Assembly: GCA_002269645.1 (NCBI GenBank)
Contig: NIVC01000524.1
Location: forward strand, 192,992 to 256,991
DNA length: 64,000 nt
Origin: Macrostomum lignano
Lineage: Eukaryota
Direction: 5' to 3'
The translations under genes and the position numbers were made by a program. This document shows, one piece after another, positions 50,501-60,970 of the stretch (within the stretch, counting starts at the first letter, position 1; each line of letters opens with the position of its first letter). The notes under the pieces are model-generated. The model saw nothing but the letters and a program-made list of their open reading frames with translations. It was not told the DNA's origin and made no database searches.

Positions 50501-52270
50501 GGCCAGAAAACGTCGGAAAGGTCCTGATTTGAGCCGAGGTAGGTGAGCCTGCCCTGAGTAAAGGCGTTGCATTCGCAGATAAAGTGCTCCGAATTCTCAA
50601 CATCGGAGAAGCAGAATGGGCATTCCTCATTGTGGATTTTTCTCTGGAGGTGACGATGCCTGAAAGACAGGTTACCGCCCTGATATCCCTGCGGTTGAGT
50701 CCAAGCAGGGCCCTGCGGAGGGTGGGGGAACCTAGCTAGCGACGACCGGCAGCTGTTGCTGCGGTGTCGCGCAGGGAGATCCGGTAGTGCCGGTGTTCGC
50801 AGGCGTGGTTCCTTCTCCGGAGAGTCCAGATAGTGGATTGTTGCTCGCCCGGTAGCCCTTAATATCGGACGAGGTGGCAGAAATTCTTGGGCCTGAAAAC
50901 GTCGGAAAGGTCCGGGTGTGGGCCGAGGTAAGAGTAGGTGAGCCTGTCCTGAGTAAAGGCGGGACATGCACAGATGAAGTGCTCCGCATTCTGAACAGTC
51001 TTTACTAAGAATTTTCGTTTAGAAAAGCAGGGTTGACCAGAGACAGCTTTAGTTTCTGCATTTGAGTTCAGATTTGTTGAAAATGTTCTTAACATTTGCC
51101 TATCCTTCCGTTGCCGCAGGGGACAGCTACGCAGCCATGGGCTACATGACCACAGCCGCCACCAGCACCGCAATCCTGGTGTCTGGCCGGCGATTCCGCC
51201 TCTTCCAGCTGCTTGGCTCCCTGTTCATCTTGCTGGCCTGCGTCACCTCCTCCTACGTGCCCAATCCGCATTGGCTGTTCCTCACGCACACCCTGTTCCA
51301 CGGCATCGGCAGCTCCTGCGTGCTCAGCGTTGTCGGCCTCATCGTCAACGAGTACTTCGACAAGCAACACAGGCACCACATCCTGGCCACCACGCTGGTG
51401 TCCGGCGGCTCCATCGCGTCAATCGTGTTCGTGCAGATGTACGCCAGCCTGATTGAGACCTACACCTGGCGAAAGGCCTTCCTTATTCTGGGCGGAATCT
51501 ACCTGGTAGTCAATTTGAGCGGTGTAATAGTCTTCGGCAAGAATCCCCAGAAGCAAGACTACCTGAGCAGTAACAATAGCTGCCTGGGCGCCATCCGGGA
51601 GATCGACCGGCGCAAGGTGCCCTACCTTTGTTTGTGGTTTTTTGACCGCATCATGACCAGCATCGTCACCTATGGACTGCTGCTGAACCTGGCCGATTAC
51701 GTCAAGCGCCGGGAGCACATCCTCACCCAGTCCACGCACCTGACTCAGCTGTTCGCCTTCGGCGAAGCCAGCACATACGCCATCGCTGCCACGATCACCG
51801 CATTCACCAAGGACCTGCTGCTCAACCGGCTAAAGTACATCCTGCTCGTCTGCACCGCCCTGCTGGCGGCAATGCTGGCCCTGTGGGAATTCTGCGCCTC
51901 CAACGACGCTCTGAGCAAATTTTTGGCCTTCCTATGCGGCTTCGGCCTCGGACCGAGCATCACCTTCCTGTTCCCGGCCGGCGAGGAGCTGACCACGCTG
52001 CCCGGACACCTGGCCTACCCCTTCAGCCTGGCCGGCATGGGGGTCGGCATGGCGCTCTCGCCGTTCGCCACTGCGCTAATTGCCGAAGCCTACGAGTACC
52101 GCGGCTTCTTCCTCATCCAGGCCTTCCTCATCTTCCTCAAACTGCTGGCCCTCATAGCCATTGTGCTGCTGCAGAAGCTCGTGCTGGGGCCCGGCGACGT
52201 AGAGTACGAGGCAGTGACGCTGGAGGAGCTCAACAGAGACGAGAAGGAGGCGAAGAAGGGACAATATTGA
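47508..52270 (+). CDS. MFS transporter, SLC16/monocarboxylate-transporter-like, 3 exons, ~550 aa
   Basis: join(47508-47785, 49483-49706, 51120-52270) = 1653 nt, in frame. Donors AA|GTGAGT and G|GTGGGT; acceptors tttctttgtag and ttgccgcag. Twelve hydrophobic segments; WAWVVLAC...AFGVF...L..EF...LNWIG, GIG...EYFDK and WRKAFLILG resemble MCT TM1-TM6. Exon 1 is the least certain. Confidence 0.85.
49365..49452 (-). pseudogene. Degenerate tRNA-like sequence or tRNA-derived SINE head
   Basis: B-box GGTTCAATTCC, weak A-box (TTGCTTAGAAGG), CCGTG/CACGG acceptor-like pairing and a CCA end. The cloverleaf is imperfect. Confidence 0.3.
50340..51005 (-). mobile_element. Two tandem decayed 3'-end fragments of a non-LTR retrotransposon in MFS intron 2
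   Basis: CPFCFSDVENSEHFICECNAF and NAEHFICACPAF are C-terminal Cys/His motifs, each followed by a similar 3' sequence (...CCGGCAC[CT]ACCGGATCTCC...GCGCGACACCGCAGCA). Frameshifts present. Confidence 0.75.
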
Positions 52271-52667
52271 GATTGAGCATTTTGCGTGGTCTGAGACGAC
52301 AATGAATTTAAAGTTACTCTCATGTTTATCTGTGTGCTCCCTATAGCAATAGCAATATGGATTTGCCTCAGAATTGCTTCTGTTGCTCCAATATGAGTAG
52401 AAACCTGGAAACAAAAGTTAGCAGTCAGTAAAAATTTCCAACATTCAAATTGATATGGTTGAGCAATTTGCTCAATAGATATTTGAGCAATTTCTTGGAA
52501 AAATCGTAAACATATTCGTTTGATAGCACTCGCCCTGTTTCGAGTTTTTGGTACGCTCTATGCTTCTATATTTTGTCTATATAGCCATCTTTTTTGTGAG
52601 GTAGAGGATTTCGCGGAGCTTCAGAACTAAGACTGTTCTGAATATTTTTGCAAAGTACGAATGGTTG

Positions 52668-52975
52668 TCCTGGAGTGAGGTGGGTGTCCTGGAATGAGTT
52701 GGGTGTCCTGGAGTGAGGTGGGTGTCCTGGAATGAGTTGGGTGTCCTGGAGTGAGGTTGGTGTCCTGGAGTGAGGTGGGTGTCCTGGAGAGGGGTGGGTA
52801 TCCTAGAGTGAGGTGGCTGTCCTGGAGTGGGGTGGGTGTCCTGGAGTGAGGTGGGTGTCCTGAAGTGGAGTGGGTATCCTAGAGTGAGGTGGGTGTCCTG
52901 GAGGGAGGTAGGTGTCCTGGAGTGAGGTAGGTGTCTGGGAATGAGGTGGGTGTCCTAGAGTGAGGTTGGTATCGG
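52668..52975. repeat. 20-bp minisatellite (GTGTCCTGGAGTGAGGTGGG)
   Basis: Direct inspection. Confidence 0.9.
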
Positions 52976-53847
52976 GTGAGTATTCAGTCGGTTATAAGAG
53001 AATGTTAGTGCGCACCAGGGGGTTTTGGAGTTGATAGCTTGAAGAAAGGCGGAACTGTCAAATGCCAGTGACATGTACAATGTCAATGGATTTTCAGCAA
53101 TTTTTCTAGTTCTGGAGATCTGTTCAAGCTACTTTTATCGCTATTTTATTTACTGCTGTTCCATCCTTTCTATTTCTATATGCTAAATAATTCTTTGCTA
53201 ACCTTGATTATCCAATTTTCTAAGATTTTCTCATGATGACATACATGGTCACTCCTCAACTTTACATTGCATACTGCTGCAATGCTTGCAATACTACTAA
53301 GAGTATTGTAAGTAGTTCAGGGTAGCACTGATGATTAAAATATTATTTTTACGGCAATTCGAGTGTAAAACTAAAATTAAATATTTAATTATTATACTAC
53401 TTTAAAATAAGTATGTCGTGTTGCCCGTGATTACTGTCCGCTATTAGCTGGTTAATTTAAGCTCATTGGCATACTATTAGAACCTTTTGCACCATCCAAG
53501 TTGTCAAAATGAAATTAGCCATTGTTTAACCAATATTCCAATATAACCTTTACGAGCAATTTCATATATTACGTCCATGTCAACTGACATCTTGGAAAGC
53601 ATAGCTCGTATCGGGATCTACGCCGATTTCTTAAATTTGTTTGTGACATCGTTTTGTGATTTGATTGAATCAAAACACATATGAAATATTTAAACTCGAT
53701 TGCCCTGGAGAAACATTGGTAAACATTGGTGAACATTGGAGAAACTCGACTTTTTCACTTTTTCAAATTTTGACAAATGTAACTTTGAAGCTGAATAAAT
53801 GCTAAAAGATATCTTATTGAGGCTTGAAAAGGCATGAGATGTGAATA

Positions 53848-54320
53848 AACTGTAATGACTCATCTCATGATCTGTTTCAGACTGTAATGACTCATCTCAT
53901 AATTGGTGTCAAACTGTAATGACTCATCTCATGATCGGTGTCAGACTGTAATGACTCATCTCATAATCGGTGTCAAACTGTAATGACTCATCTCATGATC
54001 GGTGTCAAACTGTAATGACTCATCTCATGATCGGTGTCAGACTGTAATGACTCATCTCATAATCGGTGTCAAACTGTAATGACTCATCTCATAATCGGTG
54101 TCAGACTGTAATGACTCATCTCATAATCGGTGTCAAACTGTAATGACTCATCTCATAATCGGTGTCAAACTGTAATGACTCATCTCATGATCGGTGTCAG
54201 ACTGTAATGACTCATCTCATAATCGGTGTCAGACTGTAATGACTCATCTCATAATCGGTGTCAGACTGTAATGACTAATCTCATGATCGGTGTCAGACTG
54301 TAAGGACTTATCTCATGATA
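53848..54320. repeat. 32-bp minisatellite (ACTGTAATGACTCATCTCATGATCGGTGTCAG), ~14 copies
   Basis: Direct inspection. Confidence 0.93.
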
Positions 54321-54636
54321 GCTAACAAATAACTCATGTATTTCTCGTTATAATTTGAGCCAGTTCTATCATATTAATAGCAATTAAATGGTTCATTATT
54401 GACTATGACTAACTGAATTATTTGACCAGATTCAGATTAAAATTTCTTCTTTTCAAGCGCTTTTTGCTACTCATTAGTAGGCAACTAAAAATAGTTTCCA
54501 TTCGTTATAACATGATTTATTTTGCAGTCAATTACCATATTTATCAATTTAAAGTGTTTCTCTTGATAGTATCGCTCTGCAGCAAAGGATCAGATAGTTC
54601 AGAATGATCGTGAGAGATTAAATGCACAGTGTAGAG

Positions 54637-54700
54637 CAGGGGTCAGCAAACTCAGGTCCACATGCGGCTCGCAAAGCCTCTCTATCCGGCCCACGGGTCC
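54637..54700 (+). mobile_element. Possible hAT-type DNA transposon terminus
   Basis: CAGGGGTCAGCAAAC...TGCGGCTCG...CCGGCCC resembles hAT (Charlie/MER45-like) ends. No matching other end found. Confidence 0.35.
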
Positions 54701-55035
54701 ATTGAAACTTCCCAATAGCAATCCGGCCAGCTCAAGGTTTGTGTCTCTTTCTCAGCTCTCTTCTCTACCCTCTATGCCCTCTCTCCTCTCCTCTCCTCTT
54801 ACCTTTTCTCTCATGCCATCTCTTGCCTCTCTTCTCCTTCTCTCATCTCTCATCCTCTATTCCCTCTCCTTTCCTCTCTCATCTTGTCCGCAGCCATGAG
54901 CTGGATTCTCTATCTGGCCATTGAGGTTAAAAAGCTCTCTCCAGACATTGTCTCCAAAAGCCCATCCTCTCAAAAATGGCAGGCAGGTGTGCACCGTCTT
55001 CTCTGGACGCTCCCCGGGACAAACCTAGGGCTCCT

Positions 55036-55708
55036 TCTTTCTTTCTTTCTTTCTTCTTCCAGACGCGGCCGGTTCGACGGGGTCGATGTGGCCGGGGGCG
55101 GCCCCTGTTAGAGGCGCCCCATCCTGCGCAGCAGTCCAAGTAAGGCCGTCGGGTTCCCCATCAGGTCCCAGGCCGGCGTGCCGCTGAGTGCTCTCCATCC
55201 GTCCCCGCGCGGGCAGTGGTGTATTAGGTGGTCGACGGTGTTCTCCGCGCCGCAGTCGGGGCAGAGGGGCGACGGGTCGAGTCCCATGCGGTGACGGGTG
55301 GTACCGTTGATGATGCTGCCCCCCGCCCGGAGTTGGTTGATGAGCACCTGCTGCTTCCTAGGCAGGTCCGTTGCGGGAGGCCAGGCCGGTCCCGTGGCGG
55401 CGGTGTCGAGCGCGCGTCTGCAGCGGCGGATGGCTGCCTTGGCGGCGCTGAGTTGAATTGGCGCGCGGCTTTGGTCCAGGGCGGCAGCTCGGTTGGCCGC
55501 CTCGTCCGCGGCTTCGTTGCCGGACACGCCGCAGTGAGCCGGGACCCAGATGAATTTGGTCTTGATGCCGGCTCTTTGGAGGTCGCTGAGCCGGTCCCAG
55601 TAGTCGGCGGCAACTGAGTCGGACTGGTCGAGTGGTCCGGCACTCAGTGCCATGATGGCGCTCAGGCTGTCTGTCGCTATCGTCAGATCGGGGTTGGGGC
55701 TGGTCTGG
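55036..55708 (-). mobile_element. 5'-truncated RNase H-containing non-LTR retrotransposon (I-group-like) with TSD
   Basis: Open frame with IATDSLSAI...WVPAHCGVSGNEAADEAA (RNase H) and CPDC...DHLIHHC. (GAA/GAAA)n 3' tail near 55036-55060. 12-bp direct repeat CCTAGGGCTCCT at 55024-55035 and 55709-55720. Confidence 0.92.
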
Positions 55709-56926
55709 CCTAGGGCTCCTGCTGCTGCTCCTGCTACGGCGGCTGCATACAGCGAGGTAGGAGGCGGAAGGTCTCAGAGCGTGCCGCCCAATTGAGAGTG
55801 AAACGAGTGGAGAGAAAAGAGAAGCATGCATGCAAATCAACTTCGCCTCATCAATCTTTTTGGCTTGCCGGCCTACATTGGCAAGTGGCAAGCTCGATTC
55901 GTTAAGGACTGCCTGTGGCTCACTGGATTGACATGACTTTCTAGGAAATCCATTCAGTTTTGTCATAAATAAGAACTGCACAAAACACTCCGATCGTATT
56001 GTTATCCCAAGCATATCAGAAGGATCTGAACGCTATCTGCAACCGAGCGCAGGAAGTCCGCACTTATGTCGTATATAGTATTATAATAATCGCAGCGGTA
56101 TAAAGACAAATAATAAACTTTAATAAACAGTTTTTTCTAATAGTGCGAGAGGTTATAACTGTGCCGCCATGCAATTCGACTTGGGGAGCGAGAAGCGAGT
56201 TGGTGCGGATCAAACAAGAACTAAAAACACGAATTGAGTTTGCAGCGAGGGCCTAAGCTTGAGTCTCCTGCAGTGCACTTTCTGTGTTTGTGTGCGCGTG
56301 GAGGCTGGGAAATGAAAGACCACAAGCCCCACATCAGCCAGAGGCTGTGTAGAGCTCTGCCTAGAGCGAATGTGCCGCTAACATGCCATCGATGATTCGA
56401 GAGGAATATTAATAATTTCACATTGATAAGTGCAAAGGCGTGCGCAGCTATAGGAAATTTCGTTTGGGTAAAACCTCCGCTAAGAAGATTCGAAGAAACG
56501 CGGAATACTCTGGTAAACTTTTGTGTAGAATAGCATTATTAGCAATATTATGAACAGTATTTTACAAAGTGCACTGTCAGGACACAGGAGGGTGCATACA
56601 CTCTGGGCACTACAATAACGCATAAGGACTCGGGCAGGTGTTTGCTAACGACTCTGGGTCGGAAAAATCTGTTAAATTAATGAATGCAGGTTGGTTTTTC
56701 TCGAATACAGCTTCCTTTTCTATAAAAATGATGAACTGAGTTGGACCTTGAATGAGCATAAACTAACAGTGCGCTGCTGTACTTCACAACAGTCCGTACT
56801 GACTGGCTCCGACAGTTACAAACACATCGCAGAAAGCAAAGAAGAGCTTGTTGGATCAATGAATCGATGGAACACTTCTGTACAAGTTTGTACGTGGCGT
56901 TTAAACTTTGAGTAACCGCGTATCCG

Positions 56927-58255
56927 TCAGTTGGCCTCCCTTTCCGGCGAGTCGCCCGAGTCTGTCGGACTGCTGAGCGGCACCTTCTCAGGGTGCCCGT
57001 TGCCGCCTCCGCCGATTGCCTCGTCGTAGCTCGGCGGCGCGGACGGTATCATGGTGAACATCGTCAAGTCGGTGCCGTCTGGCGGCGGCGGGGGTGGCGC
57101 CGTTGGTACAGCCGAACCACCGGCAGCTCCGTTGATGCTGGGATACAGCTGCTGCTGCTGCTGCTGCAGCTGTTGCAGCGGTTGATTTGGCTGCTGCTGC
57201 TGCTGCTGCTGCTGCGACTGTTGTTGGTCAGTTTCCATAGCAACCGCTGGCTCGCGCAACGCCCGCATGCCAATGACTATTTGCTCCTCGGCGAGCACGC
57301 TCACCACCTCGGACTTGCGATAGTCGGGGCCCACGCAGACAATCTGTGATAGCGGGGCGCCGGTCACAGCCGAGATGAGCGGCGTGCTGCTGGTCAGCTG
57401 CAGGTAGTACTCAATCTCAATCAGCCGGCTGCTGCGCTCCACCTCGCTGGTGACCAGCCACGGCAGCGCCAGCTTAGCGTCATCAACAAGCAGTCTTTCG
57501 GCGTTGCGCAGCCTGCCCAGGCACAGGTTCTTCACCAGCAGTCGCTGAACCCGGCGCAGCTGGAGACCGCCGGCTCCGTAGGCCTTCATCACGCCTTTCT
57601 GCACCAGACAGGCGTTGATGTTCTCGAGTTTGGCTCGCGAATTATTGTAGATCTCGACCTGCATTGTCAGAGTCTCGCCGATGGCGTAGCCGCGCTTGTT
57701 GGCTACCAGGCGGGCGGAGATCAGGCCGGTGTCGGAGCGGGACCGGGCTGGCGACCAAACGTCGATAGGCTCGGCTAGGGCTACACGGCCGCGATAGCGG
57801 TTTAGGTCCAGATCGTTAATCACCACAATGGGCACAGTGGTCTCGTGGCTTTTACCGCCGCAGTCCAGGAAAGCGGTCAGTTTGTAGAACACTACGGTCA
57901 TGAATGAGCTGGGCAGGTCGGCCGGCAGGCGGAACTCGAACTTGAACTTGTACAGCTCGTTGCGACAGATGCGGCGCAGCGGCCCTGTCTGGTGCGAGCT
58001 GTTCTTTGAGTACACAATCTGGGCCAGGCGAACGTACGTCTCGTGATCCTCGTAAGTTGGCCGGGATGACGATGCCGCGTTGCCGCCGGAGCCGTCAACG
58101 AATTCTACCTGGCCACCGCCGTACAGGTACACAGCTACGCGGGCAATGTCGATGTCTTTCTTCAGGCGTAGCAGGACGTCGCCGTTGATTACTCCGCCAG
58201 ACAGGAAGGGACCTCCAGCCTCCAGCTTAATCTCAAAAATGTCCAGTTTTCCCAT
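56927..58255 (-). CDS. Alpha-arrestin (ARRDC/TXNIP-like), 442 aa, uninterrupted CDS
   Basis: Arrestin-N (PFLSGGVINGDVLL...YKFKFEFRLPADLPSSF), arrestin-C (KRGYAIGETL...IYNNS...SRLIEIEYYL), and a C-terminal tail with poly-Q, LYPSI, poly-P and a PPSY (PPxY) motif. Confidence 0.92.
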   Translation of the reverse strand: MGKLDIFEIKLEAGGPFLSGGVINGDVLLRLKKDIDIARVAVYLYGGGQVEFVDGSGGNAASSSRPTYEDHETYVRLAQIVYSKNSSHQTGPLRRICRNELYKFKFEFRLPADLPSSFMTVVFYKLTAFLDCGGKSHETTVPIVVINDLDLNRYRGRVALAEPIDVWSPARSRSDTGLISARLVANKRGYAIGETLTMQVEIYNNSRAKLENINACLVQKGVMKAYGAGGLQLRRVQRLLVKNLCLGRLRNAERLLVDDAKLALPWLVTSEVERSSRLIEIEYYLQLTSSTPLISAVTGAPLSQIVCVGPDYRKSEVVSVLAEEQIVIGMRALREPAVAMETDQQQSQQQQQQQQPNQPLQQLQQQQQQLYPSINGAAGGSAVPTAPPPPPPDGTDLTMFTMIPSAPPSYDEAIGGGGNGHPEKVPLSSPTDSGDSPEREAN

Positions 58256-59699
58256 ACCGACTAGACTGTTGAGTAGTTGCTAGATAATAATTTGCTCACC
58301 GCGGTAGTTGGTACTGTTGAATTTATTGAACGCACAGCTGTTTGATCGCTTTTAACAAACTGGGCTTTGCCTTGCTACTAGCTGCGGTGGCTGCGGAAAG
58401 GAAGAGAGGTCGGGTAACTATATGGGTGGGGTGTTGGCTGTCCGCGCATGTAAGCCGAGAGGGAGGACAACTCAGCAAGACGTGGACGGGAAGCCTAAAG
58501 CCCTCGAATGTACACTAGCTACAGAGAGAAACGCACCGGGTCGGGCAACGGAGGGCAGGGAGCAGACGACGACTGAAGTGAAGTGGGAAGAATAGGGCGA
58601 GAGGGAGAGAGGCAGCAAGGCAGGGATGGAACGGGCTGGGATAGAAATCCCAGAGCCAAGCGCTTCAAACTTTACAACCCTACTGCCTGGTTTCCCTATC
58701 CGCAGTTCTTCCCCTCTTCCCTATGTAGCTATCCTTCCACTCTTTCCCAGTCATGTGCACAGGCGGACTCTAAATTACTGGGAGGGCAGGGGAGAGGGAC
58801 GCGAGGAGGAAGAGGATCAGACTTGGTGTGGGGTGGTGGACTCACGGACAGATTGAGCGACGGGTCCATATTCTGCAGAGTGTGAGTCGGAGCAAGGAAA
58901 AGAGCGTGGAGCTGTGTGATCTGAGCTTGGGCGAGAAAATCTGCAAGGAAAACGAGGGAAAAGGGGCTGGGTGAGGTTTCGGCCGAAAGCCAGGAACGAG
59001 GAAGGTACAACGCAGGAGGGGGTCGCTCGCAGCAGCTGAGAAGAGGAAGTGTAGCGGATGAAGCAGAAACCCCTCTGCCTCTGGCATTGCAGGCTGCTGA
59101 ATTACCCTGTTCCTCTTCCTCCCAAATTCTCATCTTCCACTCGGACCAGACTCAGACCTACACCCTCGGTTCCTCAGGTCCCAGGGCGCAGCGATAGATT
59201 AATGCTGCTCACTTAACCCGATCGTGCGACCCTGTCGGCCTGTCCCCCTTCTCTCTGCCCGCATCCTGCCGCCCAAGGTTTGCTATCACTTCGTTCTCCA
59301 ATGTACGGAATAGACTGACAGAATTCCTGGTAGACTCGAGGAAATATGCGAAAATTCAAATCGCAAAACCAGGGAGGAGAGAGGGGGGAGAGAGATTGAG
59401 GAATTTAGATTTATAGATTTCCTTGGATGAGACAGGGACTCCTAAAAATAGCATCACTGGACGGAAAGCTCCCCACACGCATTTACCTTAGTGTGGCAAC
59501 CCGTTCCAGCTATTGTGTGAGTAAAAAGGGGCATTTTATCTCTCAGAGAGCTGTTACGAGTCTTTAACACCAACAGCATACAAAAGCGATTATATTTTGG
59601 AAACATTGCTGCTACTAGCATGATTATTTAGACTTCATAATGAGAATATATCGCAATAATAGAGAAAAATATTGATTTAGAGCCAGGCTCTGAGCAAAC

Positions 59700-60970
59700 T
59701 TGTTTAAGAACAATTGCAATTACAAGAGCCGGAGATGGATGGAGAATGGAAGACTCCTCGACAGGGAAAGTTTTTGACGTTTTTCAAGTTGTGCACCGGA
59801 TCGAATAGCAGGAACACAGACTGGCCTGTTGATTCGTCCGTGAATGGTGGCACCGATTCAATCCTACTTGCGATGTAGATCTCGTCGTTGACCAGATTCA
59901 CGACCTTCTCCATCTGTGACAGCTTTGAAGCTCTCAGCGCAAGGAAGCCTTCACTGTCAAGACTTCTTGAAGATCCAACTCTTGCAGTTATTGACCTCGG
60001 CGTGCTATAGACGGGAGGCAGATGGCGTCCTGCTTAAGCATTGTCCATTGCATGCTGAGGCACTGATGGAGTAGATCAAGCAGGAGAACACAAGGAGATC
60101 CTTGGAGTACCTCCGGGTGCATGATGGCTTCCTGCTCAGCTTCAGCTGCTCCAGGGCAAAGCTCACAGTCCGATTGTCTGTCAGCCCTTCTGCTTCCTCC
60201 AAGAGGTCTTGCACCGCATCCAGCAGACTGGAGACCTCAGTCTCGTGTCGACTCGGCCTTGCGTGAATCTTCAGTCCAATTCTTGATTCTCGACATGAGA
60301 TTCACAAGCTGGCTGGGAGTCAAAGCTTTTCCTCCAGTCAGTAGGTCGCTGAACATGCTTGCTTTTAGCGGCAGTCCATTGGCTCCATACGTGACGGAAA
60401 GGTCTTCGGCCAGACAAATGTTGCAGGAAACGCGGCACACTGGCTGCCTCTAGCTTATAGATGCAGAGCTGGCCTTGGATAGTCGTCTGAAATCCAGCTG
60501 GCCTGGTTGCTTCCTGCTCCAGCTTGCGCTGGATCTCCTGAAGGTCTGTCTCAGCAATGAAGTCAGCTTCCAGAAAGACTCCAATTCCAGCTCTCTCTCC
60601 AAGCGCTTAGACAATGTCACTGACACTGTGGTTGCTCGCGGTGCCTTCTTGTCCAATAGCAAGTAGATGGGAGCATTCCGTCGATTCGGGAAGATGGATG
60701 GAACCGCTCCAAGCTTCACACACTTCCTTGATAGCGACTCGCTTCTCTTATTACATATGACGTTGGTATCTGCCGATGCTTCAATGAAGTCATTGGAATA
60801 AAGAGCAGCAAATCTTGGAGAACTTCTCCTGCTCAAAGTCTTCTCAAGTTTGCTCGCTTCTATTTCTCAACAGCACAGCAGCGTCTTGGAGAGGCAGGCT
60901 GTGGAAGCTCACTCCTGATTCCAGGTTGTTCGAGTTGAGCATCCGTAGGCTGAACATGCATGCAGAATTT
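59700..60970 (-). mobile_element. Decayed, internally deleted P-element/THAP9-like DNA transposase
   Basis: Fragments in order: CSAYGCS, GVSFHSLP, AVPSIFP (THAP), RRYSKDLLVFSCLIYSIS, VVNLVNDEIYI and VFLLFDPVHNLKNVKN (P-type catalytic-region motifs). Several frameshifts and stops; no TIRs identified. Confidence 0.8.
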
